Source of the DNA: Anaeramoeba ignava BMAN | Lineage: Eukaryota > Protista > Anaeramoebae | NCBI GenBank assembly: GCA_028826165.1 | Contig: JAPDFW010000059.1 | Location: 1,426,001 to 1,490,000, forward strand | Reading direction: 5' to 3' | DNA: 64,000 bases | Part shown: one piece after another, positions 30,181-44,200 of the stretch | Numbering within the stretch: position 1 is the stretch's first letter | Layout of the letters: the number at the start of each line of letters is the position of its first letter | Program-made: the position numbers and the translations under genes | Notes under the pieces: generated by a model | The model's database searches: none | The model's input: only the letters and a program-made list of their open reading frames with translations | What the model was told of the DNA's origin: nothing

Positions 30181-30311
30181 CATTTTTATTAAAAGAAAAG
30201 AAAAAGAAAAATTAAATTAAATCGTTAAAGAAATAGATCAAAAAAAAAAACAAAATTTAATTTTCATTTTTTTATTCTCTATTCTTTTTTTCTTTTTATT
30301 TAAAAAACAAA

Positions 30312-33034
30312 ATGAGTAATAAAAACAATTCAAATCATTTAAAAATTGAACTTGAAGACGAAACAAAAATATCAAAGAAACAAAATCAAGAAATCCAAAA
30401 TGAAAATATTGCAGAAAGTATGAAAAGTTTTATTTTTAAAAAAATCAAATCAATTCACTTTTTAAACAAGTTAAATTAAAGAAGAAAAAGAAGAAGAAGA
30501 AGAAGAAAAAATTTTTTTTCTTTTAAAAAAACAAATTTAAAAAATCAAATTAAAAAATTTTAAATGAAAAATTTTGAATGAAAAAAATTCAAATTAATAA
30601 ATTTGTTTTTTTTTTTGGAAATAAATAGTTGAACTTCCAAGAAAAATTGTTCAAAATCAATTCTTCAAAGGTAATTTTATTTTATTTAAATTATTTTAAT
30701 TTTTTCATTTATATATTTGTTTGAAAAGATGTCGAATATCTTCAAGAAATCAAAAAAACTATCCTTTCTCAAGCCAAAAAAAACAACGAAATAGAAAAAG
30801 AATTAAAAGCAATTGATACGAAAATAAGATTACTTCTTAAAGAAGGAACATTTACACGAACGAACCCAGTTTACAAGGCATTATTTTCACAGTTCCAGAC
30901 AAAAGATCCGATTGGGAACTTCGAGAAATACACGAATCTATTTTTCCTGCTTTATTTCGAGCCGCATTACTTAGCTCGGATATCATCAGTATTATCTGCA
31001 ATTGAATTTGAGAAAATTCTGCCAATTATCATGACATCAATTTATGGAAATTCATATAAAGACCAAGAAGAAAAACTTCTCCAGCTCCTGTTTTCAATGG
31101 CGTTGCACACGGAATTCAAGTCGTGCACATCTGCTCAAACGCTATTGCGATCCAATTCGACGGTTTCCAAGTTGCTAGTCCAGTATTCACAAAGACAACC
31201 CGGCCAGATATATGTCAAAAAAATTCTTTCCTCTTTCCTCACTGAGATTGCCAACAATCAGGATCTCGATTTGGAAGTTAACCCTGTTCATATATACAAG
31301 AACTTGATTGCGCAAGATGGCGAGGATGCGCCTAAAGCGACTTACGAATCCTTGAAATCAAATACGCAAGTTATGGAAATTGTCGGTTCCCATGTGGATC
31401 AACTGCAGGCATGGTTTGACCAGGTAATTGCGCATAATAATAAAATCAAATAAAGTATTATCTCGGCGGTACACCGCGCGGGGTGTTACTCCTGTGTTGA
31501 TTTTAATGCGGGATTTTTTTTGCCTTCTTTTTAGTTGTTTAATTCAATAATAAAAAATGTCGATCTCATTCCGTATGGAATTCGCTTGATTTGCAGGAAA
31601 ATTCGAGATTTAAGCATCGAATTTTTCCCAGATTTTTCCAGATACAGAATCGCCGGGTTTATTGGCGGGTTTTTGATATTGAGATTGATTAATCCTGTTG
31701 TTATAACCCCCAAAATATTTGATATAATTCCTGGCGATTATGCAAAAAATCCGAAAAGAAACGCAATTTTGCTCGCAAAACTTCTTCAGAACGTTGCCAA
31801 CATGACTAACATCGACACCGAGAAGGAGGAGTACATGTCGGTTTTCAAGGACTTTGTGAAATCCAAGCAAGAAGCGCTTGTTGATTTCTTGGAAACAGTT
31901 TGCCAAGTCACCGAACCAGATGATGATGAAGAACTTTCGAAGTTTTTAAACATGGCCAACGAGACCACTGAAATCTCCATCTCAATCAGCCAGATATACT
32001 ACATGCATTCACTCTTCAAGGAAAAACTGTTTGAGGTTGTTGATACCGTTGACGATCCCCTTTCTCTTTTGTTGGAAATGCTTGGAAAAGAGGTCCCTCA
32101 AATCAGCAGTAATGATGATAAAGTTATCCAGGTTCCTCTTCGCAATTCCATCCTCATCTCCATAGAAAAAACACAGGGAGAATTGTTCGTCATTTATCGC
32201 CAGACCAAACTGCAAATTGCTACTGTCTATCAGAAAATCCAAAGCAGAATCGAAAAATTCGATTATGATCCAAAAACTTTTCTTAAATTGATCGTCAAGC
32301 TCAGAAATATCGCAAAGAAAAAAGGGAACAAGAAGGAGAATAACAAACTCAAAAAAATCCTTTCCAATCTTAAAATTCTCGTCCGCGAAAAGTTCATTTC
32401 TCCAGATGATAAATTCTACAAATTGCACCAGGAAGTCAAAGAAATTCTTGAAAACATTCATCTTTCTCATAAAACTCTTTCTACAGAAATTGCCGTTTTG
32501 GAAAGAGTTAAAAGCAATCTTGAAAAGGAATTCTTCGAGTTTTCTGAAAACCTTAAATTCTATAAACAATATTTGATCAAAATGAGAAACACTGTTTATG
32601 ATCCTTCAAACTTCCCTAAAAGAAAGAACAAGAAAACTCAACTTACTTTTTCACATGAAGAATTTGAACATTCTGGAATACTTTTAGAGTCTTCATTTCC
32701 TGAAGAAAGGTAATTTTTTTAAAAAAAAAACAAAATTTAAAAAAAAAAATTAATAAGTGGATTTTCCCTAATTCTTAATTTTTTATTTTTTATTTTTATT
32801 TTTATTTTTAGAAAATCTTCTCTTCTTTTTGTTTTAGCTCCTTCTTCTAGTTTTGGTGTTTTTTCTTTATTTGTTCAAGTTGCTTCAGAGAAAAAAATTC
32901 TTGATGAAATTCAAATTGAAATTGAAACTTTATTGGATGCTGAACAAAAAAACGATAGAAAACTTGATATTGGTGGTTATTTAATTCTTGATTCATCATT
33001 TTTATTAAATACAATTAAACACACTTTTCTTTGA
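30312..33034 (+). CDS. Ras GTPase-activating protein, Gap1/Sar1/IQGAP-related (RasGAP + RasGAP_C)
   Basis: IDTKIRLLL, SIYGN...EEKLLLQLF, LLRSNS (arginine finger), IPYGIRLIC, GGFLILRLINPVVITP, LAKLLQNVAN. Exons are about 30312-30417, 30629-30671, 30729-31423, 31535-32710, 32811-33034. Confidence 0.9.
31431..31510 (+). other. Intronic long RNA hairpin (candidate structured ncRNA or cis-regulatory element)
   Basis: About 32 pairs can be drawn by hand, including sense-strand G-U pairs, closing a GCGG-TACA-CCGC apex. It lies inside the 111-nt intron 31424-31534. Confidence 0.6.
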
Positions 33035-33362
33035 TTTGTTCAACATTTTTTCAACATTTTTTTCAATAATTTTTTAATAATTTTTTAACAATTTTTTAAC
33101 ATTTTTTAATAATTTTTTAATAATTTTTCTTCTCCAAACAAACAAACAAACAGAAGAATTATTTGATGTTTTCTTTTCTTTTCTTTTTAATTCAAATTTT
33201 AATTAATAAAAACAAAATTTTTCTTTTATTTTTATTTTTATTTTTAATATTATTTTTTAAAAAAGTAATCAGAAAAAGAAACAAGAGTTTTTTAAACTAA
33301 ATTTTAAAAATACACAAATTTCTTTTTCATTTTCAATTTTCAATTTAAATTTTTTAAATTTT

Positions 33363-36300
33363 TCATCTTTCATCCGTTTCTAAATTAAAATCTTTTTTTG
33401 GATCAAAATTCTGTATTTTTTCAAGTTTATCTTCAGGTAAAATTCTTCTTAAAGATTGAGAAACCCAAACTTTAATTTCTCCATTAGAAGAACCTGAAAC
33501 AAACATTTGAGGAATTAAAACACTTGTAGTTGGATTACTAATAATAGAAACAACTTTGGAATCATGAGCTTCAATTATTTTGATAGGATTTCCACCTCTT
33601 TTATTCTCCCAAATTCCAATTTTATTGTTCAATCCTTTGACAACAAATTTATCATCTCCAACATAACATCCTTTTTGTAAATCTTTTTGTGAAAACGGAC
33701 TCAAAAATTCAAATTGTTTCTTGAATTTTTTTCGAAGATCAATACTTTTTAACTTTGAATTTGCAAAATGAACTAAACAAAAACGACTTTTTTCTGATGT
33801 TGAAATGCAAGAGATTTCATTCAATAAATCTGTTTTTTCTTTTTTATCAATTGATTTTTTTTTGATTTCCGAAATTTGGAATTTGTTTAAAGTTGATGGA
33901 TTGGAAGTTGCCACAATTAGCAATCCAAGTTTTTGGCAAATAATCATATCAATCACAACTCCTGATAATTTTATACTGAAAAAAATCTCCATTTTGTTAA
34001 TATCCCAAATAAAAATCTCCTCGGATTTTGGAGAAGAGATCGCTAAATATTCATCATCGTTATCAAGCCAAATGCATTTGGGCTCTCTTTTGATGATGCT
34101 TTTGTTAGATTGATTGAAAATGTTTTTGTATTTTTGATGATTTGAAATTAATTCTGTTTGATATGTTTGGTTTGAATTTTGCGCTTTAGTCGCATAAATA
34201 TTTTTGCATTGATACAAATTATTTTCGCAATTTTGAATATTTTCTATATTTTGAGCATTTTCTAAACTTTGGATATTTTGTAAATTCTGTGCATTTTTTT
34301 GGAAATGCGATTCCCATTTTTCAATCGAGAAAATAAAAGGATTTTTTGAATAATCAATAACTTCGTTTTGATAAACGTTTATGCAAGAAAAATTATTGAA
34401 TGATTCTCCTTGATTAATATTCCAAATTGCAACAATTCCATCATCAGTTAAAGTGACAAGATGGTTATATACAGAATAATTTGAAAATTTACAATTGATC
34501 AAAGAAGATGAAGATGATCTTATTTTGTATTTTTTCGTGAATGTGAAATTGTTGATTTCGTAAATATAACAAGGAGAGTCTTTTGATATTGTTGCAAGAT
34601 ATTTGCCATCTTTTGAGAAATCAAGACTCACTATTTCTTTCGAATGTTCTTTTAAAGTTAAGCATTCAATTGTTGGATAAAATTTCTTTGTTATTTCTTT
34701 TGGATATGATTCTACAAGTGTCGGTGTTAATAAATTTTGAAACTGTGAATGGCGAGAAGCAAGTTTCTTTTTTTGTTCTTGTAAATTTTCCTGAAGTATT
34801 TCAAAAAGTCGATTTTGTGGAACTGCTATTGATTGCGGGAAAAAATTGAGAAGTTTTTCAAATAACTTAAGTCTTTCTTCTTGTGAATATTTGAATACTT
34901 GTGATTTTTCATTTGAAGATTTTTTATTTTTGTTGATTTTGCGATTTTTTGCATCTTGAGTGTTTTCTAATTTTTTTTTGCGTTTATTTCTTTTTTTTGG
35001 ATTTTGATTTTGATTTTCAATTATTTTTTCTTTTTCATTTTCATTTTCTTTTTCTATTTCATTTTCATTTTCTTTTTCATTTTCATTTTCTTTTTCAATT
35101 ATATTTTCATTTTCATTTTGATTTATATTTTCATTTTCATTTTCATTTTGAACAGAATTTGAAATTAATAATTGTGATATTTTCGGTATTTTCCAAGGTT
35201 CAATATTAGGAGCAACTTCATTTTGAAAACAAAGCAAAGCTTCTTGAGATTTTGAATTTAAAACCAATTCTTTAATTTTTTGTTTATAAATCAAATATTT
35301 TGTTCTTTTCAAATCTTTTGGAGCAATCACAAGAAAATTTTGAATTAAATAAAGAGCATCATCCCATTTTCCTGAACTGATTTTTTGTTTTAAAGTTAAA
35401 ATGATTTGTGGATCAAGTTCAACTCCAGATTCTTGTGAAAGTTCTTGAACTGATTTTGTAAACCCCATTTTTTCTAATGCTTTAAGAATTAAGTGGATAG
35501 CTTCTTGTTTTTCTGTGGGGGTTAAATCTTGAGGAGGTTCAACTTTATTATTTAACATTGTTTCATTATTTGAAAAAGCAGAAGGTTCAGTTCTTTGTCT
35601 TAATCTAAATCATTTAATATTATATTTAATTTTATATTTAATATATTTATATATATTTAATTTTATATTTAATAATATATTTAATTTTATATTTAATATT
35701 ATATTTAATTTTATATTTAATATTATATTTAATATTATATTTAATTTTGTATTTAATATTATATTTAATTTTATATTTAATATTATATTTAATTTTATAT
35801 TTAATATTATATTTAATATTATATTTATTTTTATATTTAATATTATATTTAATAATATATTTAATTTTATATTTAATATTATATTTAATATTATATTTAA
35901 TTTTATATTTAATTTTATATTTAATATTGTATTTAATATTAAATTTAATATTATATTTAATTTTATATTTAATATTTAATTTAATATTATATTTTAATTT
36001 TATATTTAATTTTATATTTTAATATTATATTTAATTTTATATTTAATTTTATATTTAATTTTATATTTAATATTATATTTAATATTATATTTAATATTAT
36101 ATTTAATTTTATATTTAATATTATATTTAATTTTATATTTAATATTATATTTAATATTATATTTAATTTTATAATTAATTTTATATTTAATTTTATATTT
36201 AATTTTATATTTAATATTATATTTAATTTTATATTTAATTTTTATATTTAATTTTTATATTTAATTTTATATTTAATTTTATATTTAATTTTTATATTTA

Positions 36301-37492
36301 ATTTTATATTTATTTTTTTTTATTTTATTTTATATTTTATTTTATATTTAATATTATATTTAATATTATATTTAATTTTTATATTTAATATTATATTTTA
36401 ATTTTTATTTTTTATTATATTTAATATATTTAATTTTTATTTAATATTTTTTAATTTTATATTTAATTTTATATTTAATTTTTATATTTTAATTTTATAT
36501 TTAATTTTATATTTAATTTTATATTTAATTTTATTTAATTTTTAATTTAATTTTATATTTAATTTTTATATTTAATATTATATTTAATATATATTTTATA
36601 TTTAATTTTATATTTAATTTTATATTTAATTTTTACTATTTATATTTAATTTTTTGTTTAATTTAATATTATATTTTTTTTATTTTTATATTTATATTTT
36701 AATTTGATTTTATATTTAATTTTATATTTAATATTATATTTAATTTTATATTTAATATTATATTTAATTTTATTTAATATTATATTTAATATTATATTTT
36801 AATATTATATTTAATTTTATATTTAATATTTATATTTATATTTTTTTATATTATTATATTTTATATTTAATTTTATATTTTAATATTTATATTTAATTTT
36901 ATATTTAATTTTATATTTTAATATATTTAATTTTTATATTTAATATTATATTTAATATTATATTTAATTTTATATTTAATATTATATTTAATATTATATT
37001 TAATTTTATATTTTTTATATTTAATTTTATATTTAATTTTTTAACTTTTATTTTAATTTTATATTTTATTTAATTTTATATTTAATATATTTAATATTAT
37101 ATTTAATATTATATTTAATATTATATTTAATATTATATTTAATATTATATTTAATATTATATTTAATATTATATTTAATATTGTATTTAATATTGTATTT
37201 AATTTTATATTTAATATTATATTTAATATTATATTTAATATTATATTTAATATATTTAATTTTGTATTAAATATTATATTTAATATATTTAATTTTGTAT
37301 TTAATTTATTTACAATCGATCAATTCTTGGAAATCTTTCTGTTCTTTGAAAATTGAATAAATGGTTATCTAAATGTGTCATAAGATGCAATAAAGGATCA
37401 AATCGATTTTCAGATGAACGCAAAATAATAAATGTTCTATTAGGATTATTTGAATTTGCAATAATTCTTCTTCTTAAATCTTGGTTGAACAT
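33363..37492 (-). CDS. LisH-CTLH-WD40 protein, WDR26/GID7-like (CTLH E3 complex)
   Basis: LisH EAIHLILKALEKMGFTKSVQELSQESGV, CTLH ISSGKWDDAL...KYLIYKQK, VPQNRLFEIL, and WD40 repeats (LKEHSKEI...FSKDGKYLAT; MFVSGSSNGEIKVW). Exons 37492-37314 and 35604-33363. Confidence 0.82.
35610..37305. repeat. ~1.7-kb (ATATTTAATATT/ATATTTAATTTT)n 12-mer satellite forming the WDR26-like intron
   Basis: Directly visible; almost no G or C. Confidence 0.92.
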
Positions 37493-37650
37493 GTTTTAAT
37501 TTTTAAAAAAAAAATAATAAAAGAAATTAAAAGGAAAAAAAATGAAAAATGAAAAAAGAAAAAAGGAAAAAAAAATTTTTTAAATTTTCTTCTTTTTTTA
37601 AATTTCATTTTTTTTCTCATTTTTTTTTTCTCATTTATTTTTTTATTATT

Positions 37651-39061
37651 ATGGAAATTAAACAGGATCATGAAGAACAATATGATACAATTATAAAATT
37701 AGTATTTGTTGGTGATTCTGCTGTTGGAAAAGTAATTATAATTATTTTATAAAAATTTTAAAAAAAAAAATTCAATCAAAATTTTTAAATCAAAAAATAA
37801 AAAAATTTAAAATTAAAAATTAAAGACTTCAATAATTCAAACTTTTTCAGATGATTTATTTGATATAAATTCAACACCTACAATTGGTAAAATAAAATTA
37901 ATTTATTGATAAAATTTTAAAAAATTTTTTTAAAACGTTTTTTTTTTTTAATTTAAAATTTAATTAATTTAAAAAAAAAATTAAGGAGTTGATTTTGTTC
38001 AAAAAATTCATGAACTTTCAAATGGACAAAAAATTAAATATACAATTGTAACTTTTAAAAAAGAAAATCATTTAAAATCATTTAAAATCAAATAATTCAA
38101 TTTTTATTTAAAAAAAAAATTTTTTTAATATAAAAATCAAGTGGGATACTGCAGGTCAAGAAAGTAAAAAGTTCTAGTAGATTTTTTATTTATTCTTTTA
38201 TTTAATTTATTCTTTAATTTATTAATTAGAATTTAGAACAATTACTACTTCTTATTATAGAGGTGTTCAAGGAATTATTTTAGGTAATTAATTATTTAAT
38301 CAAAACAAAATTCTTTTTTTTTTTTAATAAATTTTTGATTTATTTTAAAAGTTTATGATGTTGAAAGGAGACATTCTTTTGAAAATTTAGAATCTTGGCT
38401 TAAAGAAATCAAAGTGAATATAGAATAATTTAAAAAATTAAAATTCATTTAAAAAATTAAAATTCATTTAAAAAATTAAAATTCATTTAAAAAATTAAAA
38501 TAAAAAATTATAATTAAAATTTATTAGAATTCAACTTCAGGAGATGTTGAAATTATGTTAATAGGAAATAAAACTGATGGAAAACGACAAATTACTGAAG
38601 AAGAAGGATTAAATTTTGCAAAAAAAAATAATTTATTATTTATTGAAACATCAGCAAAACTTGGAGAAGGAATTAGTCAAGCTTTTGAAGAACTTGCATT
38701 AAAAGTATTTTGAAAAAATTTATTTTAAAATTTATTATAAAATTTATTATAAAATTATTTATAAAATTAATTATAAAATTTATTATAAAATTAATTATAA
38801 AATTTATTATAAAATTAATTATAAAATTTATTATAAAATTAATTATAAAATTTATTATAAAATTTATTATAAAATTAATTATAAAATTATTTATAAAATT
38901 ATTTATAAAATTAATTATAAAATTTTTTTCCGATTTTGATTTAGATTATTCAAAACCCAGATATTCAAAAAACAGAAACAAAAAATCTCGTTTTAACAAA
39001 CGAAAAAGATCAAGAAACAAAAGAAAATGGTGGAGCATGTGGTGGTTGGTGTTTAATTTAG
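37651..39061 (+). CDS. RAB18: Rab18-like small GTPase (8 exons)
   Basis: Spliced translation gives [46 protein letters not shown] and the C-terminus IIQNP...[10 protein letters not shown], which matches the Rab18 tail pattern. Confidence 0.88.
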
Positions 39062-39190
39062 TTTAATTGTTTTATTTTTTTTTAAAAAAAAGGAAGAATG
39101 ATTTTGAAAAAAACGGAAAATAAGAAAAATAAACAAATTTTTTTTTTTAAACTTTTTTTTTTCATTTTTTTTTTTAAATTTTTACAAAAA

Positions 39191-41046
39191 ATGGTTCGAC
39201 TTAATAAAGCTCAACAAAATAAAAATCAAAATCAAAATCAAAATCAAAATCAAAAATCAAAATCAAAATCAAAATCAAAATCAAAATCAAAAAAATCCAA
39301 ATGAAAAAAATCAAATGGAAGTTGAAAAAGGAAATGATAATATGGAACTTGAAAAAGATAAAGATGAATTTATTGGACTTTCTGATTCTTGTTTTGCTTG
39401 GCTTCCTTTTGAAAGTTTGCATTAAATTTTAAATTAAAAATTAAATTAAATTTGGAACTGTTTAATAAAATTTGTTTAATAATATTTTTTTGCTTTTTTT
39501 TTTTTAAAGTTCAATTACAAGTTTTTGATTCTTTAACTCATCAAGAAGTTTGTAGATCTTCTCTTGCTTGTAAAGAATTTCAAGACATTTCTAATGATAA
39601 TTTTTTATGGAATCATATTTATTATCGAAATTATCCACCAGGACCAAATATTCCATTAATTGATAGAGAAATTGATGCTTATGATTGGAAAGTTTGATAT
39701 AATTTTTTATCCGAATTTTAATTTTAATTTTAATTTAAATTGAATTTTTAAATTGAATTTTTAAATTGAATTTTAAATTGAATTTTAAATTGAAATTTAA
39801 TTTTAATTTTAATTTTAATTTTTAATTGAATTTTTAAATTGAATTTTAATTTTAATTTTAATTTTAATTTTATAATTTAATTTTAAATTGAAATTTAATT
39901 TTAAATTGAATTTTTAAATTGAATTTAGCTCAAATTCGCTCGGAGATTCCGTTCAGATTATAATATTAAAAAAAGAAAACATATTAGTTTCCAAGCTTTT
40001 AGACCAGAAAAAGGATATTTAATTGAAAAATGTGATTTCCAACATGAACTTTTAGCATACACAAGTGATGACAACATTTTAAGCGTACATCAACTACAAC
40101 GGGGCAAAAAAAACAAATTGAAAGAAGTTTTTAGCAAAAAAGAAACCAAGTCTGATTGGTTCCACATTTTAAAAGATTCACCAACAATATTGATTGACAC
40201 AACTGAAAATATATTGACTCACATTGACATAACAACTGGAGATGTTATAAACACATGGGAACATGTACAGCCAAAATTGCGCGCGGATGATAACGGAAAC
40301 GGAAAATTCGCACTTGCTACTCAATCGATTCTCAGGCTTCATGACTTGAAATCAAAAGATTGCTATCTTGAATTTCGAATGGATAAATTTAGTTTTGATC
40401 ATCCAATTGATGATCTTAAATGGATTTCGGAACACTTGATTTTCGCAAAGGGATCGCAAAACGATCAAATGAAAATCATGGACATCCGCAAACCTTCGGA
40501 TGTGCTGTTTACATTCCGCCCACCAACAACAGTCTCTTCTCTTATGATTAACGATAAAAAACTCGAAATTGGAATCGGAACAGCAACGGGTGGAGTTATT
40601 ATTTATTCCGCAGAAACTGGAAATGAGGTTTTAAATCTGAACTCGATACATTCTTCGGCTGTTTCGGATATTATTATTGAAGAAAATAACGTTTTTACTT
40701 GCAGTGCCGATCGCAGAATCAACGCTATTAATATTTCCAAAAAAGAAGTTTCTCATTCACTTGATAATGCTCATGAAACGTCAATTTGGTCTCTTGCTTA
40801 CAGTGACCGCAAACTTGTTACAGGCAGCGAATTTGCAATCAAGATTTATTCCACTGATAATATTTATGATGACCTTCAAGATACTAAACTTAATCATTTT
40901 GGAACTCAAAATCTTGGATCAAGACAAAGAAGAGTCCTTCCTAGAAACCCCCAAGAAAAGGTGCTGTTTGGTTGGCTTATGATAATGAGAGAATTATTTG
41001 CAATACTAGTACTGTCTTATATACTTATGATTATTGTGGGTTTTGA
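39191..41046 (+). CDS. F-box / WD40-repeat protein (two apparent homopolymer frameshifts, near 39252 and near 40950)
   Basis: F-box LPFEIQLQVFDSL...SLACKEFQDISNDNFLW. WD repeats HSSAVSDI...FTCSADRRI and AHETSIWSL. The shifted frame ends GAVWLAYDNERIIC...YDYCGF* at 41046. Three exons. Confidence 0.75.
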
Positions 41047-41292
41047 TTCTCTTATTTTTGCTTCATTTTCAATTTCGTTTTTTAAAAAAAAAGCAATTTG
41101 AGAAAGAGTTTTATTTTTTTTTTGTTCCACTTTTTCTTTTTTTCTTTCTATTTTTTTTAATCACAAAAACAAAACAAAACAAATTTATTTTTTTCATTTT
41201 TTTTTTCATTTTTTTCATTTTTTCATTTTTTCATTTTTCATTTTTCATTTTAATATTTAATCTTTTTTTTTTACATAATTTTTTAATTCATT

Positions 41293-44200
41293 ATGTCTTT
41301 ATTACAAGTTATAAAGAAAAGGATAATTTTGGATATCATTCGGTCGGTTAATACAAAATCAAAATTTAAAATTATGATTACAGATGAGTTTAGTCTTAAA
41401 ATACTTTCTAGTGTGTGCACAATGACAGAAATAATGAAAGAACAAGTGAATTGTAATTAATTTAAAACATTTAACAAAAATAAAAATAAAAACAAAAATA
41501 AAAATAAAAAACATTTAACAAATACAAATAAAAACAAAACATTTAACAAATAAAAATAAAAACATTTGACAAACAAATATAAAAACATTTAACAAATAAA
41601 AATAAAAACATATAAAAGCATTTAACAAATAAAGCATTTAACAAATAAATAAAATATTTAACAAATAAAAACATTTGACAAATACAAATAAATATAAAAA
41701 CATTTAACAAAAATAAAAATAAAAATAAAACATTTAACAAATACATATAAAACATTTAACAAATAAAAATAAAAACATTTAACAAATAAATATAAAAACA
41801 TTTGACAAACAAATATAAAAACATTTAACAAATACATATAAAACTAAAAACATTTGACAAATAAAAATAAAAACATTTAACAAACAAATATAAAAAAAAT
41901 TTCTCATTTTTTGTGGTTAATCATTATTTTATTTCAATTTCAACATTTTTCCCTTTTATTTTTATAGTGGTAGAATCTATTAAAACTAGAAGACAACCTC
42001 TTCCTGATATTGATGCTATTTATTTACTTTCTCCAATAAAAGAATCAGCTGAACTTTTAATTCAAGATTTTGAAGAAAAGCAAATGTATGCTGGTGCTCA
42101 TGTTTTTTTTACTTCTCGTAAGTTAAACTTAAATTATAATTAATATTTAAAATTCAAATTAAAATTGGAAATTAAAATTCAAATTAAAATTATAATTAAA
42201 TTTAAAATTAAAATTAAAATTAAAATTAAAATTAAAATTAAAATTCAAAATTAAAATTAAAATCAAAATCAAAATTAAAATTAAAATTAATATTTAAAAT
42301 TAAAATTAAAATTAAAATTAAAATCAAAATTAAAATTAAATTTAAAAATTAAAATTAAAATTAAAATTAAAATTAAAATTAAAATTAAAATTAAAATTAA
42401 AATTAAAATTAAAATTAAAATTAAAATTAAAATTAAAATTAAAATTAAAATTAAAATTAAAATTAAAATTAAAAATTAAAATTAAAATTAAAATTAAAAT
42501 TAAAATCAAAATTAAAATTAAAATTAAAATTAAAATTAAAATTAAAATTAAAATTAAAATTAAAATTAAAATTAAAATTAAAATTAAAATTAAAAATTAA
42601 AATTAAAATTAAAATTAAAATTAAAATTAAAATTAAAATTAAAATTAAAATTAAAAATTAAAATTAAAATTAAAATTAAAATTAAAATTAAAATTAAAAT
42701 TAAAATTAAAATTAAAATTTAAAATTAAAATTAAAATTAAAATTAAAATTAAAATTAAAATTAGCACTTGATGAAAAACTGGAAAGTCTTATTTTACAAA
42801 AGAAAATTGGATCTTATGTTCGAATTTCTCGAAATTTTAAGGATGCAAATTTAGAATTAATTCCATTTGAATCACAAGCTTTTCATTTAATGCTTCCAAA
42901 TATTTTATATCCATTATATGAAGTGCCTTATCAAGCAGAACAAATTTTAGACACAATTACAACAAGACTTTTCTGTTTATTTTCAATGTATGAACAAATG
43001 CCAATAATTCGTACATCAAATTCAGATTTAGCAAGAAGAGTTGGTGCAAAACTTCATAACAAACTGAAAATTTTTCAATCAAGAGTGAAAAATTTTCCTG
43101 TAAAAAACAGATTTGGATTAAACTCTCAATTAAAATTAAAATTAAAATTAAATTTATAATTATAATTGAATTTAAAATTAAAAATTAAAATTAAAATTAA
43201 AATTAAAATTAAAATTAAAATTAAAATTAAAATTAAAAATAAAATTAAAATTAAAATTAAAATTATTATTAAAATTATAATTAAAATTAAAATTAAAATA
43301 ATTAAAATTAAAATTAAAATTAAAATTAAAATTAAAATTAAAATTATAATTAAAATTCAAAATTAAAATAATTAAAATTATAATTAAAATTATTATAATT
43401 ATTCAGCCTAGAAAAGAACGTTCTGTAATGATAATTTTTGATAGATCTTATGATCCTGTTTCTCCACTTTTGCATGAGTTTACATATCAAGCAATGGTAT
43501 ATGATAATATTCAACTTGTTAATGATAAATACCAACAACAAATTATAAATCGAACAGGAAATGCAACAACAAAAGAAGTAAATAATAAATAATTCAAAAG
43601 CAAAAGTTATTTTGAATCAAGTTTGATTTTTAAGAGAAAAAAATAATTTGAATTTTCTTTAAGGTTTCTCTTGATGAAAAAGATTCAATTTGGAAAGAAA
43701 AAAGACACAAACATATTGCAATGGTTATTCAAGAAATCACAACAGAATTTAATAATTTTTTGGAAAAGAATCAAACAGCAAAATTCGCAAAAGGTCATAA
43801 AATTTCACTTAAAGAAATGTCTGACGTTATTCGACAAATTCCTCAATATCAAGAACAAATTAATGCTTATTCTTTACATTTAGGAATGACAGAAGAATGC
43901 ATGAAATTTTTTGATATTTTAAAGCTTGAGATTGTTGCCACTCTTGAACAAGTAAAAATTAAAAATAAAATTAAAAACAATTAAAATTAAAATTAAAATT
44001 AAAATTCGGATAAATTAAAATTAAAATTAAAATTAAAATTAAAATTAAAATTAAAAATAAAATTAAAATTAAAAATTAAAATTAAAATTAAAATTAAAAT
44101 TAAAATTAAAATCAAAATTAAAATTAAAATTAAATTAAAATTAAAATTAAAATTAAAATTAAAATTAAAATTAAAATTAAAATTAAAATTAAAATTAAAA

